Shown here one piece after another: positions 16,752 through 24,306 of a stretch of 26,068 bases of DNA. The stretch's first letter is position 1. Each line of letters starts with the position of its first letter. The notes below the pieces were generated by a model. That model did not search any database. It was given only the letters and a program-made list of their open reading frames with translations, and had not been told where the DNA came from. The translations under genes were made by a program, and so were the position numbers. The DNA lies in NCBI GenBank assembly GCA_965603415.1, contig CBFDCX010000001.1, forward strand, positions 1-26,068. Direction: 5' to 3'. Source of the stretch: an uncultured bacterium. GTDB lineage: Bacteria > Cloacimonadota > Cloacimonadia > Cloacimonadales > TCS61.

Positions 16752-17582
16752 TTAATAGTTTTTATTTCTTTGTACTATACGCCAGAGCCTTTCACCCATG
16801 TGAGACATATTCTCATTTTCGTCATTCATCCAATCTTTAATTGTTTGTTCGGTTAGAATTACGAATTCTTCAGTTTTATCTCTTCTATTTTTTTGTACAA
16901 CGATATTTGCAAGTTTCTTCATCGAGACCCAGATGGTTTTAATTCTTTGATCGTCAGCTTCAGATAACCATTCTCTTATATAAGGAAAGACAACGATCGG
17001 ATTTACCCGGGCAACCTGAGTAAGTATATGGGTAATTTTTTTCTGAACTTCCATTGTTTCATCATCTATAACTTTTCCTATAAAAGCCATAATGAAGTTT
17101 GGATCGGAGTTTGCTATATTTTCCATCCCGTGAAATGATAACGCTCTTTTATGTGAATTTTCAGATTCAATCCATTTGCTCATTCGTTCTTTCATTAAAT
17201 CGGCATATCGTTTCCACATATCATTTATTATGCTCTCAACTTCCCAGGGCACACTATCGAATGTTTTTTCCAGAATTTCAAAGATCTTTTCAGGTTCTTC
17301 GAAGTTAAAGTTATATAAATAAAATAATGCAGTTGCTCGAACACCATATAATTTATGCTCTAACATACGCTGAGTTATTTTCATCATCTTATCATGATCT
17401 TCATACTTAGTGAGATTTCTTCCCAGATATTCACGAGTGAAGTAATTAGGCGTTTTAGAGATTTCGATCAGTTTTTTCTCTGCCTGAGCTATTTTATTTT
17501 TATCAAGAAGCTTGAAAGTGGCATCAAGAAACGCATTCAATCCTTTGCGATCTTCTCCATTCAGCCGACCTATTTCGTTCAA
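16752..17582 (-). CDS. HEAT-repeat all-helical protein, AlkD/DNA alkylation repair-like
   Basis: TTG start with strong SD AAGGAG (17595-17590); amphipathic helical repeats (GVRATALFYL, SHKRALSF, DDETMEVQKKITHIL). Stop abuts the ybbR ATG. Confidence 0.6.
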   Translation of the reverse strand: MNEIGRLNGEDRKGLNAFLDATFKLLDKNKIAQAEKKLIEISKTPNYFTREYLGRNLTKYEDHDKMMKITQRMLEHKLYGVRATALFYLYNFNFEEPEKIFEILEKTFDSVPWEVESIINDMWKRYADLMKERMSKWIESENSHKRALSFHGMENIANSDPNFIMAFIGKVIDDETMEVQKKITHILTQVARVNPIVVFPYIREWLSEADDQRIKTIWVSMKKLANIVVQKNRRDKTEEFVILTEQTIKDWMNDENENMSHMGERLWRIVQRNKNY

Positions 17583-17703
17583 CTTGAATCTCCTTTAGAG
17601 TTAGTTTCCAATGCTTATTAAATTTAGAACGTTTTCATTTTTAAATTATTATTAAAAGTCTGAATCCTGAAAAAAACACGAAACTCGCTCAAATTCTGTG
17701 GGC

Positions 17704-17732
17704 AAGATAAAAATTTATATAACATCAGTCAA
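17704..17732 (-). promoter_or_regulatory. Putative sigma70 promoter of the HEAT-ybbR-tsaD operon
   Basis: TTGACT-N17-TATCTT, about 120 nt upstream of the TTG start. Confidence 0.55.
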
Positions 17733-17756
17733 CGAATTTTTTTCATTTCTTATTAT

Positions 17757-19418
17757 TTATTGATTATTTTTTACTCTTTCAAGCTCCGGTGATAATTCAC
17801 TTTTATCATCCCTTTTCCAGCGCTTATCAATAGTTGTAGTAACCGGTGAATATTTCTTGATGTATTCTACAATAACATCACGCAGATCCTGCTCATAGCG
17901 AGTTATTTGTGATTCAGGGATCTTGGTAAGTAAAGCCAGACCGGCATTTCCCTGCAATAGAAAATCTGTGGTTGCTATCTGATAGGTTTTGTCAGCATCC
18001 CAGGGTTCTCCACCGATCATGAGTTTTGTAACCCTGTCAAAATTGCTGCGTTTTCTGTTTATTACTACTTGAATACCTGCTACCCTTAAACCGTGTCTGG
18101 AACCGTTAACACGTGTCTCTATAATGTCTTTCAGGAACTTTCCATCCACCTCAAACATAACCACCTGGTTATCGAAAGGCATTACATTAAATACATCACG
18201 ATAAGAAATAGAACCTGCTAAAAGTTCATCTCGTATTCCACCCAGGTTCATAAAACTGAAATCGGCTCCTGTATAGTCCAGTATAGCTTCACAAACCATG
18301 TTACCGATCATGTTTTGTGGGCCAGTTCCACTCTTAGTAATATTTATAGCAGCTTCCCCGATAATTTCATCCATACCTGCTTCTGCAATTTTCTGCATTA
18401 CCAGGATGGTATCGGCTATCTCTTCGTCAGGAATAAATTCATCATCGAAAAGCGTTACTAACACACCTTCCTGGATAGCAGGAGTTTCATATCCGGAAAG
18501 TGTTTTTGTTTCTTTGTCGATTTTCAAAGTTATATGACCGATGTTACTGCCGTAAGCATATCCCTGAAAAACCATTGTATGGGTCAGTGGATCTTCCCAG
18601 GGTTCAGCAAAACCCTTATGCATGTGCCCGCCAAAGAATACATCGATGCCTTCCACTTCGTGCGCAAGTTCTTGTGCATCATATCCCCAATTCCGTGTTT
18701 GCGATGGATCTGGTGTATCAATATAGCGAGATTTGTAAACAGGTTCCGGATAGTATGGCAATCCCATATGTCCCACCACAATAAGCAGATCGATACCTTC
18801 ATTACGAACTGTCTTAATATACCTTTCTAATGATTCTTTAGCCGGCAGGAATTCAACGTTCTTAATGTTATCCGGAAAGCTCATCTTATCTGTATCGGTT
18901 GTTGTAACGCCAATAATACCTATTTTTACTCCCATCTTCTCAAGGATGATATACGGCTGTACATATTCAACCAGCTCAGTAGTTCCTTTGTGAATAATAT
19001 TACAGGAAAGGATGGGAAACTGTGCTAGTTTGTAAGTTTCGATCAGGACATCTTCTCCCAGGTCGAATTCATGGTTTCCTACTACACTAAGATCATAACC
19101 TATCATGTTGAAATACTTTATCACAGCCCTGCCCTGGGTCATTGTTCCTACAGGATGTCCCTGAAAAAAATCACCGGCATCTATCAGCAGATTATCCCGT
19201 GAATTTCCGTTTGATAGTTCTCGTACTTTATTGATATAAGTAGCCGCAGAACCACCGCCACCCAACATTGGCGGAAAATCTGGATTCATGAAAGTAGCTT
19301 TATACCTGTCGATTCCTCCATGAATATCGTTCGAGAATAACACATCCAACAATAGATCTTCTGCCAAAACGATAGTTGTTCCAAATAGCAGAATTATCAG
19401 AATTAATCTAAATTTCAT
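17757..19418 (-). CDS. Secreted bifunctional metallophosphoesterase / 5'-nucleotidase (UshA-like)
   Basis: Signal peptide; SNDIHG, DAGDFFQG, GNHEFD, GHMG, GGHMH; C-terminal domain FMNLGGIR...G.ISYRDV..VMPFDN and ATTDFL. Confidence 0.92.
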   Translation of the reverse strand: MKFRLILIILLFGTTIVLAEDLLLDVLFSNDIHGGIDRYKATFMNPDFPPMLGGGGSAATYINKVRELSNGNSRDNLLIDAGDFFQGHPVGTMTQGRAVIKYFNMIGYDLSVVGNHEFDLGEDVLIETYKLAQFPILSCNIIHKGTTELVEYVQPYIILEKMGVKIGIIGVTTTDTDKMSFPDNIKNVEFLPAKESLERYIKTVRNEGIDLLIVVGHMGLPYYPEPVYKSRYIDTPDPSQTRNWGYDAQELAHEVEGIDVFFGGHMHKGFAEPWEDPLTHTMVFQGYAYGSNIGHITLKIDKETKTLSGYETPAIQEGVLVTLFDDEFIPDEEIADTILVMQKIAEAGMDEIIGEAAINITKSGTGPQNMIGNMVCEAILDYTGADFSFMNLGGIRDELLAGSISYRDVFNVMPFDNQVVMFEVDGKFLKDIIETRVNGSRHGLRVAGIQVVINRKRSNFDRVTKLMIGGEPWDADKTYQIATTDFLLQGNAGLALLTKIPESQITRYEQDLRDVIVEYIKKYSPVTTTIDKRWKRDDKSELSPELERVKNNQ

Positions 19419-19425
19419 TATCTAC

Positions 19426-20841
19426 CTACCATTTAAAACTAATGGATGTTTGAATGTTGAAAAATGTTTCTTTTACAGTATCAGGATTTTCCCAGCCTCT
19501 ATCCTGAATACCGCCATTCAAGCCTATATAATAAGAATTCTCCCATAAATCCTCATATGCTCCATCATCACCCCAATAATAGCTGTCCATAAAGAGGTCT
19601 AAAGCTTCATACTGCCTGTTGGCATATTCTATGGCTATATCGAAATAAAAATTTTCCATGAAAGTGAAACCTGTGCCTGCCGTGAAAGCCGGCATTGTTA
19701 CTTTGTCTGCAAAAACAAGTCCCGAATGATCATTCAGGCAGTAATTTGTCTGGTAATTAAAACCTATGCGGATGGGAATTTTATTCTTTAAACAGTGCTC
19801 TACACCAATGTAAAAATTGTATGCATCATCATATAGTTTATTTATTTCAGACCATTGAACAAATTCAATATCCAGATTAAAATTCGTACGCATGATGTTG
19901 CGTGGTTTATAATTCAAGCCTGTCCTGAATTTTAATGGAGCAGAATATTCGGCATAAGTAAGAGAATCTGTAATAATGACATTCTGTAAAGAATCCAAAG
20001 AAGTGAAATAAGTGTAAACTGCATCTTCCACATTCACACTGTCTTTGATACCGGTAACATCAAAATCTACTTTGGGAGTGATAGATAATCCCACACTTAA
20101 ACGAGGATCAATATTAATTAAAGTTCCTATCTGGACCTGGAAAGCTTCGAAATCCCTTTCCAAAATATTTGTTGTATTTGTTAATAATGTGTCCAGTTTT
20201 CCAAATGAATAATCCGACCAGATAATTCTTCTTTTAAGATTTGCATCTCCCATCAGTTTTGAAAACCTGATCCCGAATGTTGCAAGCTCCTTATATTTCA
20301 CTGCAGTTACTACACTAAAAGCATCGATGCTTCCCTCGCCTTCAATATAGTTCTTTGCAATAACAGGTGGATATGAATTCTCATCGGAATTAGCATCATT
20401 TCTTACTTCTTCCAAATAGTCAGAAGTAAAATCTATATACGGATGATAGATGAAAGAAGCTGCAATATCAAAGTTGGAGAGTTTGTGTTTATAATATACT
20501 CCACCTGCCAATTGTTCGAAAGGATGTACGTTGCTCACGTAGGTTGCATCTCCGCAATAGGCATCGAATGAATTGTACATGGGCAGCGATCTGTCATCAA
20601 AGTTGGTTATTATTCCACCGTAAAACTGAGCACCCAGTTTATTTTGCATCAAAGGCAGGTTCCCGGGGTTAATGATGGTATCCAGCAATCTGTTCCCTCC
20701 AGCCACAGAAGCAGATCCCATCGCTATCGAACGCGGATCGAGACTTCCTGTATAACTCCCTGTTTCTCTTTCTAAAAGAGAGTAGGAAAATAGACTTCCT
20801 GTTAAGATTATCATTATTAGTATTGTAAAAATTTTCTTCAT
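19426..20841 (-). CDS. Outer-membrane beta-barrel, FadL/TodX/PorV-like
   Basis: Signal peptide; N-terminal PRSIAMGSASVA...INPGNL hatch-like motif; alternating beta strands; C-terminal NIQTSISFKW with terminal aromatic; SD GGAGG. Confidence 0.65.
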   Translation of the reverse strand: MKKIFTILIMIILTGSLFSYSLLERETGSYTGSLDPRSIAMGSASVAGGNRLLDTIINPGNLPLMQNKLGAQFYGGIITNFDDRSLPMYNSFDAYCGDATYVSNVHPFEQLAGGVYYKHKLSNFDIAASFIYHPYIDFTSDYLEEVRNDANSDENSYPPVIAKNYIEGEGSIDAFSVVTAVKYKELATFGIRFSKLMGDANLKRRIIWSDYSFGKLDTLLTNTTNILERDFEAFQVQIGTLINIDPRLSVGLSITPKVDFDVTGIKDSVNVEDAVYTYFTSLDSLQNVIITDSLTYAEYSAPLKFRTGLNYKPRNIMRTNFNLDIEFVQWSEINKLYDDAYNFYIGVEHCLKNKIPIRIGFNYQTNYCLNDHSGLVFADKVTMPAFTAGTGFTFMENFYFDIAIEYANRQYEALDLFMDSYYWGDDGAYEDLWENSYYIGLNGGIQDRGWENPDTVKETFFNIQTSISFKW

Positions 20842-20852
20842 TTATCCTCCAA

Positions 20853-23576
20853 TTAAAACTTCCAGTCCAATTGTAATCTTACTATATTTTCTTTTCTTTC
20901 TACTCGTTGGAAATAGTATTCCCCTTCCTCGGGAGGAGGAATTTCGTTATAATCCCTGAATTCGTATTCTCGGGTTATAAATTGTTTATATTTATATTTA
21001 AAGGAAAGGAACAGGTTGTTTGCTATTCTGCTGTGAATGTTGAACCAGTATTTAAATCCCCTGTCACTCTGATCGAAATCAAGTTCCACATCTTCGAAAT
21101 CCCAGAAAGAAGCGCCTTCTGCAAACCAGAAAGAGAAAGCTCCAACAACTTTTAAATTCCGGTTAAAATTGTGTGTATAATCCACATAGATCATATCACC
21201 ATTGGTGAGAGTGCTGGCTTGTGCCATATCTGGTCCACTTGCCAGGGCAGGATTGGAAAGGATGGAAAGATAAGGTGGCTGAAGAACACGGGTATAAACA
21301 TAACCCAGTTGGATCTTATTGAAATTAGAAAGGTAAAACAGTAATTTGATCTCAGATTCATCAGCCTGCGATTCATTTCTATCCTGATCATTATCATAAC
21401 GTTTTAACTGATGTTTATGCCGCAGGCGGATGCGAAACTGGTGAATGGGTTTGAATTCTAATTTTGCTTCAAAGCGAACTCCCCGTCTGGCATCGGATTT
21501 CCTTTCCCAGAGATCGAGATAAGCTCTTGTGATGGTGAGCATTGTATTAAATTGGTAACGTGTTTCAAAGTAGATACCTTTTTCTGCAGAAGGCTGAACA
21601 GAATTAAGGTACATGTCGCTAAGAAGTGTATTATTCAGTGCGTATGTAAGTTTTTCATAAACTGTATCATCGAATCTTTCACTTTCGGAGAAACTACGAT
21701 GATAGGGATTATCAAACTCCAGATCATAGTCACGATAAATAGAAAGCAGGTAGAGATTATCAAACTGTGAATAAGCGCTGAGAATAAGTGCTTTAGGATC
21801 ATCCCCGATCTTTCCAAGACTGCCATCTACTTCCAGTTCGGCATATTCACCTTGGAAAGATGTATTATTAAGAACGGTGCGCCAGTCGAAACCAATAACC
21901 CGTCGATAGTCTCTGTCGCCAATTTCAGGAGAAATGGTAGAATACATGGAAGAAATTTCATTGTCCGTGATTTTCCATTTATCGTAGTAATCGCTGTGAT
22001 AAATTAATATCTCTTTAAGTACATCCTCTTCAGGAACAACAAAATCACGATCATACGTGGCTTCGTAGCCTGTAACACCCAGATGTGTACCGATCCATGG
22101 AGAGAATTCCAAGTGCCCTCCAATGATGTTTTCCTGCAAACAATCTCTGCGAGGTGCAATCCTTACAATATTGGTATTATCGGGATAATCGTTAAAATAT
22201 TCTTCTACAGATTCCAGCTCATCATCTGCAAAACGGTTTGTCATGGAGATGTAGGAGAGAATATAGTCGTCATCATCAAGGATACCATTACCATTGCTAT
22301 CGTAGACCACAGCATCTTTTTGATCTTGCGATAGAAAGAAGACAGCATTAAGATTTTTCCGTTTCCAATCCACAGCAAAGCCGCGCAGGGCATATTCCTG
22401 AGTGCGGGAAACATCACCAATAATGCCTGTGATCCTCTTATTAAATCCAAAACCAGTTTTCCGGGGACTGTAATAATCTGTATTTTCCATTACCAGCCCT
22501 TCCCCGAAAGTAGCCCGGTAATTTCCTGCATATAATTTTATAAAGTTTTTACCATAAAAATCCAACTCTTTTTCATAACCTACATAGAACTTGCAGTCTT
22601 CGAGCAGATTGTTGGTAGTACAATTTAGAATTTCATAGTTACCCTTAGGTGAGTCATATAGTAATCCAGCTTTCCATTCATTCTGATATCGTATTCTTAA
22701 TTTATTGGTAATTGCAGCTCTATCATTCTGCATATTGAAAAAGCCCCAGTAAGATTGTCTTTTGATAGCAGGTGTTTTAGGATCATCAGAATTTGGTGTA
22801 TAGTATCTGATCATTGATTCCCTGTACATATCCATTGTATCATCGGGATAGGGATCATCGGTGTATTTCATCTGATAATCTATGAAAAGATCCTGGGAAA
22901 GCGGTTTATCTTCGTAGTAAACATAGTTCCTGATGTTCCTGGCTCCATAATAAGAAATCCCGGGAGATTTGCGCAAGTCGCGATAACTCGATATGGAATC
23001 TCCAAAGCTGACCCTGTTCAAAATAGCTGCCACATCAATGGGGGATGCATTGGGCAGATTCATTATATCGGAAAAATTGAGTTTATTGATATTGCGTGGT
23101 GTTATCAGGTAATCTTCCCATACATCACTCATACCTTCCTGCAAACCTTCATTACTGCCCAGCCTTTCAATAAGATAATAAATCTCTTCCCTGCGCTGGG
23201 CAGTTTCATCTTGATCGTTGTAATGCGATACTGTGACCAGCGGTTTGATCTTGTCTAATGTAACCTGATCTATAGATTCGATCTCTCTCAGTTCATATAT
23301 ACTCTTAAAGAAGCTTGTATAATCACGATGATCAATAATATCTTCTGCCTGTTCAGATGAAATAGGCAATGTTTTGAACTCTTCATAAGAAGCTGTATTC
23401 AAATCAATTTTTTCCGGTAAAATAATTGCTCCACTAACTTTGGAGGTATTTTTATTTTTTTCTTGATTATATTCTTCTACTAATTCTTTATACTTTGTAT
23501 CAAGCTCTTCTTTTGTTTCGGCTAAAAGCACAATGGAAATGTTTATAATAAGCCATATGAACAATAATTTTTTCAT
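20853..23576 (-). CDS. Exported protein with two ComEA-type helix-hairpin-helix modules fused to a predicted outer-membrane beta-barrel
   Basis: Signal peptide; KIDLNTASYEEFKTLP...AEDIIDHR...FKSIYELREIESI...LDKIKPLV (about aa 56-116); second copy RNINKL...NLP...SYRDLRKSPGIS (about aa 161-220); beta-rich remainder ending VRLQLDWKF. Confidence 0.75.
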   Translation of the reverse strand: MKKLLFIWLIINISIVLLAETKEELDTKYKELVEEYNQEKNKNTSKVSGAIILPEKIDLNTASYEEFKTLPISSEQAEDIIDHRDYTSFFKSIYELREIESIDQVTLDKIKPLVTVSHYNDQDETAQRREEIYYLIERLGSNEGLQEGMSDVWEDYLITPRNINKLNFSDIMNLPNASPIDVAAILNRVSFGDSISSYRDLRKSPGISYYGARNIRNYVYYEDKPLSQDLFIDYQMKYTDDPYPDDTMDMYRESMIRYYTPNSDDPKTPAIKRQSYWGFFNMQNDRAAITNKLRIRYQNEWKAGLLYDSPKGNYEILNCTTNNLLEDCKFYVGYEKELDFYGKNFIKLYAGNYRATFGEGLVMENTDYYSPRKTGFGFNKRITGIIGDVSRTQEYALRGFAVDWKRKNLNAVFFLSQDQKDAVVYDSNGNGILDDDDYILSYISMTNRFADDELESVEEYFNDYPDNTNIVRIAPRRDCLQENIIGGHLEFSPWIGTHLGVTGYEATYDRDFVVPEEDVLKEILIYHSDYYDKWKITDNEISSMYSTISPEIGDRDYRRVIGFDWRTVLNNTSFQGEYAELEVDGSLGKIGDDPKALILSAYSQFDNLYLLSIYRDYDLEFDNPYHRSFSESERFDDTVYEKLTYALNNTLLSDMYLNSVQPSAEKGIYFETRYQFNTMLTITRAYLDLWERKSDARRGVRFEAKLEFKPIHQFRIRLRHKHQLKRYDNDQDRNESQADESEIKLLFYLSNFNKIQLGYVYTRVLQPPYLSILSNPALASGPDMAQASTLTNGDMIYVDYTHNFNRNLKVVGAFSFWFAEGASFWDFEDVELDFDQSDRGFKYWFNIHSRIANNLFLSFKYKYKQFITREYEFRDYNEIPPPEEGEYYFQRVERKENIVRLQLDWKF

Positions 23577-23701
23577 ATTCTATTTCCCTTTGTTATCAAT
23601 CGGACATATATACTAATAAAAGTATATTTCCACGAGTAAATAAAAAAGTGGGCTGGATATTGTAAAGTTTTTTCAATCTAAGAAGGATATGTAAAAAGAA
23701 T

Positions 23702-23731
23702 TTGACAAACGCCCTTGTATTCAGATTCTTT
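23702..23731 (+). promoter_or_regulatory. Putative promoter of the pilin gene
   Basis: TTGACA-N18-TTCTTT, followed by SD GGAGG before the ATG at 23755. Confidence 0.45.
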
Positions 23732-23754
23732 GCTAGAAGAATTTTGGAGGAAAA

Positions 23755-24231
23755 ATGACAGATAACTCTTTAGTTGAAAAAAAAGGTAAATTCTCATTAA
23801 TAGAGCTTTTAATGGTTATAATGTTAGTAGGAATAATCTTCACTTTAACCATTCCGTTAAGAAATGATAGAGTAAACCAGAAAAAAATGAAAGAAGCTAT
23901 TTATAATATTCAGGTTATTGCTCGTGCAGATGTAGATTTCAAAAATGATCCTGCTAACGGATATTATATTTTTGAACATTCAGTAATAAAGCTCAATGAA
24001 GATGGAACCTATTCCGGAGAGGATCTTTTGAACATAATCGAAGATTTACAGAAAACAAAAGATTTCTTCTATTTTGATTATTCCGTGACAGATAGCACTG
24101 TTGTGGCATCCAGCAATAAGAACTTCGGTAAAGTAGGAGCAAAGTTATATTATTATCTTCCATCCGGTCCTTGGGGCGTGGGTGAAGATAAAACATCTAA
24201 AAGTGTATTGGACCCCAACTGGTTGCCATAG
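23755..24231 (+). CDS. Type IV pilin / pseudopilin-like protein
   Basis: Basic leader EKKGK then FSLIELLMVIMLVGIIFTLTIP with F1, E5, G14 and P22 of type IVa pilins. Confidence 0.8.
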   Translation: MTDNSLVEKKGKFSLIELLMVIMLVGIIFTLTIPLRNDRVNQKKMKEAIYNIQVIARADVDFKNDPANGYYIFEHSVIKLNEDGTYSGEDLLNIIEDLQKTKDFFYFDYSVTDSTVVASSNKNFGKVGAKLYYYLPSGPWGVGEDKTSKSVLDPNWLP

Positions 24232-24266
24232 TATGCTTTTTTAGAATATTATGATAAAAGAAATGG

Positions 24267-24303
24267 ACCTTCAGTCTATTGATAAACGGATTGAAGGTTT
24301 TTT
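24267..24303 (+). terminator. Rho-independent terminator after the pilin gene
   Basis: ACCTTCAGTC (24267-24276) pairs with GATTGAAGGT (24289-24298), one G-U, followed by a T run to 24303. Confidence 0.65.
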
Positions 24304-24306
24304 ATT

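Noticed and set aside
17670-17688. Small hairpin plus U7 in the HEAT operon leader as attenuator or riboswitch
   Set aside because: Only a 4-bp stem with a G-U pair; no recognisable c-di-AMP or other riboswitch consensus in the AT-rich leader.
23608-23627. TACT...AGTA repeat as an E. coli-type SOS box
   Set aside because: Does not match CTGT-N8-ACAG; kept only as an unassigned inverted repeat.
23641-23666. TTTACA-based promoter for the HhH operon
   Set aside because: The -35 is imperfect and the -10 candidates (TTATTT, TATTTA) cannot be told apart from AT-rich background.
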